Below, piece after piece: positions 8,341 to 18,046 of a DNA stretch of 64,000 nucleotides (within the stretch, counting starts at the first letter, position 1; each line of letters opens with the position of its first letter). The notes under the pieces were generated by a model. That model was not told the origin of the DNA. It ran no database searches and worked only from the letters and a program-made list of their open reading frames with translations. A program made the position numbers and the translations under genes. The stretch is from an uncultured Acidobacteriota bacterium. GTDB taxonomy: Bacteria > Acidobacteriota > Thermoanaerobaculia > Gp7-AA8. The DNA lies in assembly GCA_963741955.1 (NCBI GenBank), contig CAVUKB010000004.1, forward strand, positions 544,001 to 608,000, given 5' to 3'.

Positions 8341-10113
8341 CTATCGATCGAGCTCGCCCGCGATGATGTTCATCGATCCGAGCGCGGCGACGGCGTCGGG
8401 AATGGTCTGACCGGTGACCATCTTGCCGAAGGCCTGATAGATGGCGAAGCAGGGAGGACGCACACGGACACGGTACGGATTCTTCGTGCCGTCGGAGACG
8501 ACGTGGAATCCGAGCTCGCCGTTTCCACCTTCGACCTGGAAGTACGCTTCGCCCACCGGCGGCTGAATGCCGTGCATGATCAGCTTGAAGTGGTAGATCA
8601 GCGATTCCATCTCGTTGTAGACCTTCTCCTTCGGAGGAAGGGCGACGTACGGATTGCTCACGATGACCGGACCGGGAGGAAGTCCGCGATCGAGAGCCTG
8701 TTTGAGGATCCGCAGCGACTGACGCATCTCTTCCATCCGCACCAGGTAGCGGGCGAGAGTGTCGCCTCCGTCCGCGATCGGGATGTCGAAGTCGTACGTG
8801 TCGTAGCCGAGGTAGGGATTTGCTTTCCGGACGTCGTAGGGGACGCCGCAGGCGCGGAGGCAGGGGCCGGTGAAGCCGTACTGGATGGCGTCTTCCTTCG
8901 AGATCGGGGCGATGCCCTCGACCCGCTCGTGGAAGATCCGGTTGCGGGTGACCAGCGCCTCCACGTCGTCGAGGTGCTTCGGAATCGACTCGACGACCCG
9001 TCGCGTGTTCTCCATGAAGTCGGCCGGTGCGTCGACCGCGAGGCCGCCTACGCGAGTGTAGGTGGGCAAGAGGCGCGCGCCGCAGCACGACTCGACCAGA
9101 CCGTAGATCTCCTCGCGAGGCTGGAAGAGGTACCAGAAGTTGGTCAGCGCACCCATGTCGACCAGGTTCGTTCCGATGCAGACGAGGTGGTCGGCGATGC
9201 GCATCAGCTCGGAAAGAATCAGCCGGATGGCCTGGGCTCGAGGTGGGGCTTCGATGCCGAGAAGCTTCTCGACCGTCATGCAGTAGCCGACGTTGTTGAT
9301 GATCGCCGACATGTAGTTGAGGCGGTCGGTGAAGGGGATCACCTGCTGGTACGTGTGGGTCTCGGCCATCTTTTCGAAACAGCGGTGGAGGTACCCGATC
9401 TCCTGATCGGCGCCGACGATCCTCTCGCCGTCGAGCGTGACCACCAGCCGCAGGGTTCCGTGGGTGGCAGGATGTGACGGACCGAGGTTCAGGGTCACCT
9501 GTTCGGAATCGGGGTGCTGCAATTCTTCGGGTACGACCGGGGTGAACTGCGCGACGTCCTTTTCGGTGAGGAGCCAGCGCTGCGCCGGGTCGTAATCCTT
9601 CCGTAGCGCGTGACCGCGGAACGCCTCGTGGGTGAGGATCCGCCGAAGGTTCGGATGCCCATCGAAGCGGACACCGTACATGTCGAACACTTCTCGCTCG
9701 AACCAGTCGTGGCCTTTGAAGACCGAGATCGTGGAAGGAACGGAGTGTTCCTCGTCCGTCCGGACCTTCAGTCGCACCCGCTCGTTGCTCTTCAGCGAGA
9801 GGAGCGAGTAGACGATCTCGAATCGTTCTTCCCGGCCGGGATAGTCGACCCCGAAAAGGTCGAGGGGCATGGTGAACTGGAGCTCGGGATCGTCCCGGAG
9901 CGCGGTGAGGACCTGACCGATGTGCTCGCGCTCGACGAGGAAGGTCGGCATGTCCGCTCCCGCTTCGCGGGTGACGGCAGGCGACTTGATCCGCGCCTCG
10001 ATCTCCTCGGCGCGCTGGTCGATCTTCTCGACGCCCGCCGGGACGTACGACTCGCGATTGGTCGGCGCGGGTCCGGTGTAGGGAATGGAGCTGTACTTCG
10101 TGGTGGTGCTCAT
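8341..10113 (-). CDS. nuoCD: NADH-quinone oxidoreductase fused subunit C/D
   Basis: NuoC motif [11 protein letters not shown]...HPNLRRIL followed by NuoD motifs [16 protein letters not shown] and C-terminal GELDR. Confidence 0.96.
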   Translation of the reverse strand: MSTTTKYSSIPYTGPAPTNRESYVPAGVEKIDQRAEEIEARIKSPAVTREAGADMPTFLVEREHIGQVLTALRDDPELQFTMPLDLFGVDYPGREERFEIVYSLLSLKSNERVRLKVRTDEEHSVPSTISVFKGHDWFEREVFDMYGVRFDGHPNLRRILTHEAFRGHALRKDYDPAQRWLLTEKDVAQFTPVVPEELQHPDSEQVTLNLGPSHPATHGTLRLVVTLDGERIVGADQEIGYLHRCFEKMAETHTYQQVIPFTDRLNYMSAIINNVGYCMTVEKLLGIEAPPRAQAIRLILSELMRIADHLVCIGTNLVDMGALTNFWYLFQPREEIYGLVESCCGARLLPTYTRVGGLAVDAPADFMENTRRVVESIPKHLDDVEALVTRNRIFHERVEGIAPISKEDAIQYGFTGPCLRACGVPYDVRKANPYLGYDTYDFDIPIADGGDTLARYLVRMEEMRQSLRILKQALDRGLPPGPVIVSNPYVALPPKEKVYNEMESLIYHFKLIMHGIQPPVGEAYFQVEGGNGELGFHVVSDGTKNPYRVRVRPPCFAIYQAFGKMVTGQTIPDAVAALGSMNIIAGELDR

Positions 10114-10697
10114 CGCCGGATCTCACCCCGCTCGATCTTTTCCTTCAGTTTGAGAATGCCGTAGATCAGGCCCTCGGGAGTCGGCGGGCATCCGGGCACC
10201 CAGATGTCGACCGGGATGACTTCGTCGATCCCCTGGACCACGTGGTAGGCGCGGTAGAAGCCGCCCGAAGTGGCACAGGCACCCATGGAGACGACGTAGC
10301 GCGGCTCGGGCATCTGATCGTAGATCTTCTTGAGGACCGGGGCCATCTTGTCGACGATGGTTCCGGCCACGATCATCAGATCGGCCTGTCGCGGCGAGAA
10401 CCGGACCACTTCGGCGCCGAATCGGGCAATGTCGTAGTGCGAAGAGACTGTCGACATGAACTCGATCGCGCAGCAGGCGGTGCCGAACGGGAGAGGCCAG
10501 AGGGAGTTGCCTCGGGACCAGTTCACCATCGTCTCCAGCCGGGTGGTGATGACGTTTCCGAGCTCTTCGTAGCCGGGAGCCTTTCTCGCGGATTCGCCGG
10601 CGAGGGTGATCAATCCCTTCTCGGGACCTTCGCCGGGGAGCTGATTGCGTTTCCGGCCGATGATCGAATCTGGTGCATCTACTTTCTTGATCGCCAT
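10110..10697 (-). CDS. nuoB: NADH-quinone oxidoreductase subunit B
   Basis: [23 protein letters not shown] and VPGCPP motifs. Confidence 0.97.
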   Translation of the reverse strand: MAIKKVDAPDSIIGRKRNQLPGEGPEKGLITLAGESARKAPGYEELGNVITTRLETMVNWSRGNSLWPLPFGTACCAIEFMSTVSSHYDIARFGAEVVRFSPRQADLMIVAGTIVDKMAPVLKKIYDQMPEPRYVVSMGACATSGGFYRAYHVVQGIDEVIPVDIWVPGCPPTPEGLIYGILKLKEKIERGEIRR

Positions 10698-10916
10698 TTA
10701 GCTTTCCGTTCCCGATTTCGTCCGCGGTTCGGACAAGAGTCGGAATTTTAAGCGCATGAGAAATTTTTCACAAGACGTGTAACCGGCCGGCGAGGGAAAC
10801 CTATTGCATGAGGGTCGCGATCCGGCGGGCCGTCTCCTTCGGCCGCGCCGGATCGCAAGTCTCCAACGGTTCGAGGCTGAAGCAAGCAAATCGCGCGCCG
10901 CTGTGGAAGGCGCGTC

Positions 10917-10925
10917 TGCTATACT
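10917..10925 (+). promoter_or_regulatory. Extended -10 promoter for zapA
   Basis: TGCTATACT ~24 bp upstream of the zapA ATG. Confidence 0.55.
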
Positions 10926-10948
10926 CCCGGCACAGTAAGGCAAGGTCC

Positions 10949-11263
10949 ATGAATCGAAAAAACGATTCGATATCAGTCGAAATTTATGGCCAGACATACA
11001 ATGTTCGCGGGGAGGGAGACCCGGCGTATCTGACGGAGCTTGCGGAGTTTGTCGACGCGAGAATGCGTGAAGTCGCTTCTCGTGTTTCGACGATCGAACC
11101 GGCGAAAATCGCGATTCTCGCGGCGCTCAACATCGCCGACGAGTTCTTCCGATTCCGGAAAACGCAGGAGTCCGCGGTCGGTCGGTGGATGGAGACAACG
11201 GAAGATCTGGTGGAGAAACTCGGCGTGACGCTTGCGGAAACGCCGGGGCGGTCTACACTATGA
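10949..11263 (+). CDS. zapA: Cell division protein ZapA
   Basis: VEIYGQTYNV...LAEFVDARMREV...AILAALNIADE, with conserved synteny to 6S RNA and rny. Confidence 0.93.
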   Translation: MNRKNDSISVEIYGQTYNVRGEGDPAYLTELAEFVDARMREVASRVSTIEPAKIAILAALNIADEFFRFRKTQESAVGRWMETTEDLVEKLGVTLAETPGRSTL

Positions 11264-11269
11264 ATGATC

Positions 11270-11469
11270 GGAGTCCCTGCGGAGTTCGTGATGAGCAAAT
11301 ACTACTTGAACCAACTCTCTAATTCGGGGAGCTCGCGTCCCGCACCGAGTGCAGGCCTTCGTACTGCAGGAGCAGCGGCGAAGGAAGCCAGATGTGTGCG
11401 GGCAGGGCGCCCACCTGTTTCACGCAGGTTCAATTAGAGGCATCTCACACGGCTCATGCGGGGTACTCC
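11270..11469 (+). ncRNA. ssrS: 6S RNA
   Basis: ~200 nt with terminal pairing GGAGTCCCTGC/GCGGGGTACTCC and 6S hallmarks (GTTCG, CTTGAACC...GGTTCAA, GGGAGC, GCCCACC). Classic zapA-ssrS-rny position. Upstream TTGCGG-16-TACACT promoter. Confidence 0.9.
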
Positions 11470-11521
11470 GATTTTCATCCTTCCTTGAACCATCCATCCG
11501 GGCCTCCCTTCGGAGGGTTGG

Positions 11522-13084
11522 ATGAATATTCTCGCAACAGCACTCGGCGCCATCGTCGGAGCGGTGATCCTGGCTCTTCTCTGGGCCATGGTCTACCGCA
11601 AGCGTGCGGCGACCCAGATTGAAGAAGCGCGCCGCCATGCCGAGCGCATCGTCGACGATGCGCGGAAGACTGCCGACGCCCGCCTCAAGGAGGCCGATCT
11701 CGAGTCGAAGGAGAAGATGCTCCAGGCTCGGACCGACTTCGAGCGTCAGTCGCGGGAGCGGCGTGACGAACTCAAATCGAGTGAGCGGCGGCTGCAGCAG
11801 AAAGAAGAGAACGTCGACCGGAAGATGCAGCAGCTCGACCGGCGCGAGGGTGATCTCGACAAACGCGAAGAGTCCGCTGCCCAGCGGGAGAAGGTTCTGG
11901 GCGAGCGGGAGACGGAGCTCCAGTCTCTGGTTCAGGAGCAGAGGCACAGGCTCGAACAGATCTCCGGGCTCACCGTGGATCAGGCCAAACAGGAGCTGAT
12001 CCGCGGAATCGAGAACGAAGCCCGGCTCGAAGCGGCAAACCTGATCAAGCGACTGGAGACCGAGGCGGTCGAGCTCGGCGGACAGAAGGCCAAACGGATC
12101 ATCGGCACAGCGATTCAGCGGATGGCCTCGGATTACGTCGCCGAGAACACGGTCGCGGTGGTCGATCTCCCCTCGGAAGACATGAAGGGAAGGATCATCG
12201 GTCGTGAAGGCCGCAACATCCGCGCGCTGGAGCTCGCCACCGGGGTCGACCTGATCGTCGACGACACTCCGGAGGCGGTGATCCTCTCCGGATTCGATCC
12301 GATTCGCCGCGAGGTCGCACGGATCTCACTCGAGCGCCTGATGGCCGATGGCCGGATTCACCCCGCCCGCATCGAAGAAGTGGTCGACAAGGTGCGGGTC
12401 GAACTGGAGGACAAGCTGTTCGAGGAAGGGGAGGCCGCGGCCTTCTCTCTCGGCATCACCGACATTCATCCCGAAGTCCTCCGTCTTCTCGGCCGGCTTC
12501 GCTACCGTACGTCGTACGGTCAGAACGTCCTGATGCACTCACTCGAAGTCGCGCAGCTGGCGGCACTGATGGCGGTCGAGCTGGGAGTCGACGACGAGAT
12601 CGCCAAGCGCGGCGGCCTCCTGCACGACATCGGAAAAGCGATCGACCGCGAGATGGAAGGAACCCACCTCGAGCTCGGACGGCAGGTGCTGGACAAGTAC
12701 GGCGAGCGCCGCGAGATCATCCACGCCATGGAGTGTCATCACGGCGACTACGATCCGCAGACCGTCGAGGCGGTGCTGGTCAACGCCGCCGATGCGCTCT
12801 CCGCGGCCCGACCCGGAGCGAGACGGGAGATTCTCGAGAATTACGTCCATCGCCTCGAACGGCTCGAGTCGATCGCCGACAGCTTCGGAGGCGTCCAGAA
12901 GTCGTTCGCCATCCAGGCCGGCCGCGAGCTTCGCATCATCGTCAACGCAGACAAAGTCACCGACGAGCAGTCGATCCTTCTCTCGCGTGACGTGGCGCGG
13001 CGGATCGAATCCGAGCTGCAGTATCCCGGTCAGATCAAGGTCACCGTCATCCGCGAAACGCGGGCGGTCGACTTCGCGAAGTAG
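11522..13084 (+). CDS. rny: Ribonuclease Y
   Basis: N-terminal TM, coiled coil, KH domain ([14 protein letters not shown]) and HD domain (LLHDIGKA). Confidence 0.98.
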   Translation: MNILATALGAIVGAVILALLWAMVYRKRAATQIEEARRHAERIVDDARKTADARLKEADLESKEKMLQARTDFERQSRERRDELKSSERRLQQKEENVDRKMQQLDRREGDLDKREESAAQREKVLGERETELQSLVQEQRHRLEQISGLTVDQAKQELIRGIENEARLEAANLIKRLETEAVELGGQKAKRIIGTAIQRMASDYVAENTVAVVDLPSEDMKGRIIGREGRNIRALELATGVDLIVDDTPEAVILSGFDPIRREVARISLERLMADGRIHPARIEEVVDKVRVELEDKLFEEGEAAAFSLGITDIHPEVLRLLGRLRYRTSYGQNVLMHSLEVAQLAALMAVELGVDDEIAKRGGLLHDIGKAIDREMEGTHLELGRQVLDKYGERREIIHAMECHHGDYDPQTVEAVLVNAADALSAARPGARREILENYVHRLERLESIADSFGGVQKSFAIQAGRELRIIVNADKVTDEQSILLSRDVARRIESELQYPGQIKVTVIRETRAVDFAK

Positions 13085-13106
13085 CGTACTTACCGAATTG
13101 TCATCC

Positions 13107-13141
13107 GGGCCGCCTGTTTTCGGGCGGCCCTTCTTTCGTTT
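13107..13141 (+). terminator. Intrinsic terminator after rny
   Basis: GGGCCGCC-TGTTTTCG-GGCGGCCC followed by TTCTTTCGTTT. Confidence 0.75.
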
Positions 13142-13193
13142 ATGATCCATCCCCCCGGGCGGTTCCCGCTCACAGATCGAAAGGGTTTCCGGA

Positions 13194-13982
13194 ATGGTTC
13201 GTCTGCTCTACATCGGCGACACGGTCGGCCAGCCAGGCCGTCGCGCACTTCGCGACCGCCTCGAGACGGTGATCGATCGCGAGATGATCGACTTCACCAT
13301 CGTGAACATCGAGAACGCTGCCGGTGGCTTCGGGGTCACCGACAGCATCATGCACGAGTTGCTGCAGCTCCCCATCGACGTCTTCACCAGCGGTAACCAC
13401 ATCTGGGACAAGAGAGACTTCGTCGAACAGCTCGATCAGTGGGAGACGCTGATCCGCCCCGCCAACTACCCGACCGGGAACCCGGGGAAGGGGCGGGTGG
13501 TCCGTCCCACCGCCACCGGCATCAACGTCGGAGTGGTCCAGGTGATGGGACAGGTCTTCATGCCTCCATGTGAAAACCCTTTCCACGTCGTGGAGCGGGA
13601 GCTCGAGGCTTTGCGGGGTGTGCCGGTGATCCTGGTCGACATCCACTGCGAGGCGACCTCCGAGAAACAGGCCATGGGACGGTTTCTCGACGGCCGCGTC
13701 TCGGCAGTCGTCGGAACGCACACTCACGTGCCGACCGCCGACGAACGGATCCTCCCGAAGGGGACCGGTTTCCAGACCGACGTCGGGATGACCGGAGCGT
13801 ACGATTCGATCATCGGATTCCGCCCCGAGGAGATCCTGGAACGGTTCACACTCTCCACGCCTCGGAAGATGGAGGTCGCCAAGCGCGACATCCGGCTGAC
13901 CGGTGTGATCGTCGACGTCGACGAGGCGACCGGACGCGCGACGAGAATCGCCCGCGTCCAGGAGCGCCTGGACGAGAGCTGA
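13194..13982 (+). CDS. ymdB: YmdB-family metallophosphoesterase (2',3'-cyclic nucleotide phosphodiesterase)
   Basis: IGDTVG, NIENAAGG, TSGNHIWD, HCEATSEK, GTHTHV and TDVGMTG motifs. Follows rny. Confidence 0.94.
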   Translation: MVRLLYIGDTVGQPGRRALRDRLETVIDREMIDFTIVNIENAAGGFGVTDSIMHELLQLPIDVFTSGNHIWDKRDFVEQLDQWETLIRPANYPTGNPGKGRVVRPTATGINVGVVQVMGQVFMPPCENPFHVVERELEALRGVPVILVDIHCEATSEKQAMGRFLDGRVSAVVGTHTHVPTADERILPKGTGFQTDVGMTGAYDSIIGFRPEEILERFTLSTPRKMEVAKRDIRLTGVIVDVDEATGRATRIARVQERLDES

Positions 13983-13983
13983 G

Positions 13984-14649
13984 ATGACCGCGCAGTCGCG
14001 CCGGCTCTCGGTTCTCGTGTTCGACACAAAGGATTCCGATCGCGTTCGGACGTTTCCGGATCCGGGCGAATGGGAGATCTGCCCGATCGCTTTCTCGCCG
14101 GACGAGATCCCGTGGCGCACCGCCGCCCGGGCCATGGACGCGGCATCCCACGATTGGATTCTCCTGATCCACGAAAATGAAGAGATGACCCCTGCGCTTG
14201 CACGCGAGATCGTGCGAGCGATCGGGGAGACCCCGAAGGCGTGGGGGTATCGAATCCGATCCGAACCGACATACGCGGGGCGGCCACTCCGATTCGGACT
14301 CTCTGAAGACGCCGGAAGCATCCGGCTCCTTCATCGCCGCCATGGGAGGTTCCGCGGAGGGGGGCCCGACGGCCTGGAGCCGTGGGTTCAGGGAACGGTG
14401 ATCCGTCTCGGGGAGCCGCTCCGCCGCGTGGTGTATGAAAGCACGGGAGCGCACCGGGCCGCTCTGGCTGCGACGGCTCCCCCGCACTCACTCCTCCGCC
14501 ACATTCTCCTTTTCCTGCGGAACGGCGTCCGGAGCGGAAGCCTGTGGCGAAGTCTCACCACGACGAAGTATCTCTGGATCGAAGCAGGATTCGATCGGGG
14601 ACCGGCGGGCGTAAGGGATTTCCCCGGTGGCGGTCGGAGAGACGAATAG
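13984..14649 (+). CDS. Truncated/divergent GT2 glycosyltransferase-like protein
   Basis: ASHDWILLIHENEEMTPALAREI resembles the GT2 DWILxLDADE segment. Later RLLHR and C-terminal FLR-rich segments also fit. The N-terminal GT2 strand region is abbreviated. Confidence 0.55.
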   Translation: MTAQSRRLSVLVFDTKDSDRVRTFPDPGEWEICPIAFSPDEIPWRTAARAMDAASHDWILLIHENEEMTPALAREIVRAIGETPKAWGYRIRSEPTYAGRPLRFGLSEDAGSIRLLHRRHGRFRGGGPDGLEPWVQGTVIRLGEPLRRVVYESTGAHRAALAATAPPHSLLRHILLFLRNGVRSGSLWRSLTTTKYLWIEAGFDRGPAGVRDFPGGGRRDE

Positions 14650-14687
14650 TCCCCTTACCCCCGAGGAAATCCCGGTGCAGCAGAATC

Positions 14688-15059
14688 TCAGACCGCGGCG
14701 CGAAGGTCCGGCGGGGGAGTCGTCCCGGTCATCGAGCCGGCCCCGGCCCGGAACTGCCTGGGCGAGACGCCGTATCGCTTCCGGAACTGCTGCCGGAAAT
14801 AATTCTCCGAGTCGAACCCGCAGAGACGCGAGATCTGAGTGACGCGGAGATTTCCGGTGCGAAGGAGCATTGCGGCCTTGTGGAGCCGTTTCCGCTTCAG
14901 GTACTGGCTCAGCAACCGCCCGGTCACGCGGTGGAAACGTCCCGAAACGTACTGCCGCGTGAACCCCAGCTCTCTCGACACGGACTCCACCGTCAGGTCC
15001 TCGTCGTCACGCATACGCCGGCGAACGCATTGGATCAGTGCACGGAGTAACCCGTCCAT
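14688..15059 (-). CDS. Stand-alone AraC/XylS DNA-binding-domain regulator (MarA/SoxS-size)
   Basis: ATG 15059 with GGAGG RBS. AraC signature RLHKAAMLLRTGNLRVTQISRLCGFDSENYFRQQFRKRYGVSPRQFR, 123 aa. Confidence 0.9.
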   Translation of the reverse strand: MDGLLRALIQCVRRRMRDDEDLTVESVSRELGFTRQYVSGRFHRVTGRLLSQYLKRKRLHKAAMLLRTGNLRVTQISRLCGFDSENYFRQQFRKRYGVSPRQFRAGAGSMTGTTPPPDLRAAV

Positions 15060-15174
15060 ACTGTAGCCTCCGTTTATAGTGTCTAAGTCCGTCATTCCAT
15101 TACAGCAAGAAAAAGTAAGATTCCGGTGACCGGGAGGCAGACTGGCTTCTGGACATCGCAGACGGGAGGACCGA

Positions 15175-15681
15175 ATGTCGGAAATCAACTTTTTGCAAGA
15201 AGTACGCCTTTTCGGAAGGATGAGCGAGGCGGATCTCGGACGCATTGCGAAACTTGCCGAACGGCGCGAGCTCGCGCCGGGGGAGCTGGTTCTCGCCGAG
15301 GGCGATTCGAACGACGCCCTGCACGTCCTTCGGGAAGGGCGGGTGAGGGTCACGCGTACAGTCGACGGTGACACGCTGGTTCTGTCGGACCTCTCCCCGG
15401 GAGCGACGTTCGGCGAGCTCTCGGTCCTCGGCGGACGCCCCGCGGCGGCCAGCCTCCACGCCCTTCCGAGATCGGTCGTCCTCTCGTTTCCTGCTCCCGC
15501 GCTCGAGCGTTTCCTCGGCGAGACTCCAGCCGCGGCGGCGTGTTTCTGGCGCGCGCTCGCGCTCGAGCTGGGCGAACGACTCCTCAGGACGAACGACGTG
15601 GTCCGCTCTTACTTCGCAGCGAACCGTACCCTTCTCGAAAATCCTTCGTTCCGCGATGCATGGACCGATTCGAGCCGGTGA
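15175..15681 (+). CDS. Stand-alone cyclic-nucleotide-binding domain protein
   Basis: LFGRMSE...VLAEGDSND...LREGRVRV...PGATFGELSVL, with a GGAGG RBS and no HTH. Confidence 0.85.
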   Translation: MSEINFLQEVRLFGRMSEADLGRIAKLAERRELAPGELVLAEGDSNDALHVLREGRVRVTRTVDGDTLVLSDLSPGATFGELSVLGGRPAAASLHALPRSVVLSFPAPALERFLGETPAAAACFWRALALELGERLLRTNDVVRSYFAANRTLLENPSFRDAWTDSSR

Positions 15682-15906
15682 TCTGCTTCGCAGCAGGCCG
15701 CGGTCCTGCTGCCCAGGCTCCCGGCCTGCGGTCCTCGGGCTTCTCCTGCAAGCCGGGAGCGGGTGCTTGAAACGCGGTTCTGCACGCGAGCCAGGGAGAG
15801 ACCGGATCACCCACGCCACTCTCCTCTTGGTCGCCGCCCTCCGCTCCTGTACCATTCACCCGATGAATCGCCTGGGTGGGAGCGTGAGCTCCGAGGATGG
15901 GGTGCG

Positions 15907-17271
15907 ATGCCGCAGATGACTCCCGGCGTAGCTCCGCCGTTCGACCAGGGCGTCTTTCTGATGCATTACAACCGGGGGAGGGAGGCGTTCCAGGAAGGGC
16001 GGTACGCAGAAGCGCGGAAGGAGCTCGAGATCGCGCAGCGCTTCCGTCCCGATGATTCGGACGTGCTGAACCTCCTCGGCCTGGTCTACTTCAAGACCAA
16101 TGCGTTCCCCGAAGCGGAAGTGATCTACCAGCGCCTGGTCCAGGAGAATCCGAGCGTCTTCATTCTCCATTCGAATCTGGGGCTGATCCTCTTCAAGCAG
16201 GGAAAACTCGAGGAGGCGGAACAGTATCTCCTCCGGGCCGTCGAGCTTCGCCCCAACTACTCGAAGTCCCATCTCTATCTGGGACTCCTCTACCGGCAGC
16301 GGAAGAAATTCGGCCTCGCTCTCGAGCATCTCCAGTTCGCCGGTGCGGAGAAGGCGGTCCGGGAGATCCAGAGCGAAATGCAGTCGCAGACGCGGGGAGC
16401 TCCAGCCGCGCAGGCCCCGCCTCAGCCGAACGCGCGTCCGGCGAGCCCTCCCGCTCCGGTCGCGGCTCCCCCTCCGGCGGCCTCTTCGCCGATTCGAAGA
16501 CCTGGCCCTTCCGAGACCCAGCGAGGCTCGGAAGTGAACCCGCGGGTGACTCAGGAGCACAAACTCGCGGCGAGGGCCGAACCCGCTCCGGCGCTTCCGC
16601 CGATTGCCGCGACCCAGGCCGCGCGCAAACTGCAGGAGGCGGTCGATGAGACGCCTCAGGCGGAACAGCCGCGGATCGACCTCGGGCGGAAGATCGAGAG
16701 CGCATCGCGCACATTCGCCCTCCATGAGAATGGATTCCTGGAGATCAACTTCCGAAGAAGCGTGTACGTGAAGAAGGGTACGGTCTCGAGTTACACGGGA
16801 AATCTCCGCTTCGCGGCCGAGTCCGGACTTCTCGGGACCACTGCGGCAACGCTGGTAAAGGCCGAAGGGCACGGGAAAGTCTTCGCGTACGAAAAGGGGA
16901 GGAAGACCTTCCTTCTCGATCTGAGCGACGAATTCATTTACGTGGAAGGAAGCAACCTCCTGGCGATGGAGGATTCTCTCTCCTACCGCGTCGAGCCGAT
17001 CTACGACAGCACGTACCAGCAGAAGATCGACACGCTCAAGATCTTCGGGAAAGGCTCGCTCGCGATCTCGACTTCCATCGAGCCGCTCACGCTCCGCGTT
17101 ACTCGCGAATACCCTCTCTCGATCTCCGCCACATCACTCGTCGCCTGGACGGGAAACCTCATTCCCAACGTTCTGGAAGACTCGGATCTGGGGAACGTGA
17201 TGATCGACACGAACGAGCAGTCGTTCAAGATTCGATTCGAGGGCGACGGGGTCGTGGTGGCGGAGCAGTGA
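15907..17271 (+). CDS. TPR-repeat protein with Pro/Ala linker and C-terminal AIM24-like domain
   Basis: N-terminal TPRs (LNLLGLVYFK, SNLGLILFKQG, HLYLGLLY), a low-complexity linker and an AIM24-like beta domain (AEGHGKV, LKIFGKG, IRFEGDGVV). Start codon uncertain. Confidence 0.8.
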   Translation: MPQMTPGVAPPFDQGVFLMHYNRGREAFQEGRYAEARKELEIAQRFRPDDSDVLNLLGLVYFKTNAFPEAEVIYQRLVQENPSVFILHSNLGLILFKQGKLEEAEQYLLRAVELRPNYSKSHLYLGLLYRQRKKFGLALEHLQFAGAEKAVREIQSEMQSQTRGAPAAQAPPQPNARPASPPAPVAAPPPAASSPIRRPGPSETQRGSEVNPRVTQEHKLAARAEPAPALPPIAATQAARKLQEAVDETPQAEQPRIDLGRKIESASRTFALHENGFLEINFRRSVYVKKGTVSSYTGNLRFAAESGLLGTTAATLVKAEGHGKVFAYEKGRKTFLLDLSDEFIYVEGSNLLAMEDSLSYRVEPIYDSTYQQKIDTLKIFGKGSLAISTSIEPLTLRVTREYPLSISATSLVAWTGNLIPNVLEDSDLGNVMIDTNEQSFKIRFEGDGVVVAEQ

Positions 17272-17400
17272 CCGATCTGCTCTGAACCGGTCGGGCCGTC
17301 GGTGCGCCGACGAGGATTCTTCAGGAGCGGCGTGGTCGGGACGAGCTCACGAATTGCGCAATTCGCGAAAATCGCGCCAATGAGATCAGGGCAGCGAAGT

Positions 17401-17685
17401 CTATTCGTCCGGTGGCTCGTCCATCGGCTCGTCTTCGTACAGCCGCCCGCCAGCGATCACCCGGGGCCATCGCTCGCCTCCGTCGGCCATCGTCACGCCG
17501 AGCCGGGGAGAGATGAAGGTGTGGTCGTCCGGGGCGGGAAGTGGCGGGGGTGGGGCGCTTCCACGAAGCGGCTCGGGGCGGGAACGCCTGCGCAGGGAGA
17601 TCGTCGCGAGTCCCAGAACGGCGCCGAGGACTGCGGCCGACGTCGCGAGAAAGGGAACGTCGAAGAAGGAGAACGGATCCGGCAC
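17401..17685 (-). CDS. Small hypothetical membrane protein
   Basis: GGAGG RBS, GTG start, hydrophobic helix, Pro-rich segment, then LGVTMADGGE. Confidence 0.5.
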   Translation of the reverse strand: MPDPFSFFDVPFLATSAAVLGAVLGLATISLRRRSRPEPLRGSAPPPPLPAPDDHTFISPRLGVTMADGGERWPRVIAGGRLYEDEPMDEPPDE

Positions 17686-18046
17686 GTCGAACCTCCACGA
17701 GACTCTGTGCAGCCGTCGGTCTCGTCTCCATCGGTTCCAATAGGCGTGCCACGGCGCTGTTCGCGCGCAATCGTCTGAAGCGAAGCTACTTACGGGGTCA
17801 GGAGGTCAGTTTGGAGCTGGCCGGCCGTTGCGATTCCCTACAGACTCGTCGGAATTTCCCTCGGGCGTCTGGACGGAGGCTCCGTCCGAGACTCGAGCAT
17901 CCGGAAATCGCGAGGAGACATCGACGAGGCAGACACCGAAAGCGTTGCAGCGAAGTGGCGTGACTTGAAGCGAAGTGATGGGTACCATGAGGAGAGAGCC
18001 TCGTGACCGCCCGATCGTCCTCACGCCCGAATCTCGAAAGGTCTTC

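Noticed and set aside
17736-17751. Sigma54 promoter TGGCAC-GCCTA-TTGGA (minus strand)
   Set aside because: The conserved -12 GC is GG here, too weak to call.
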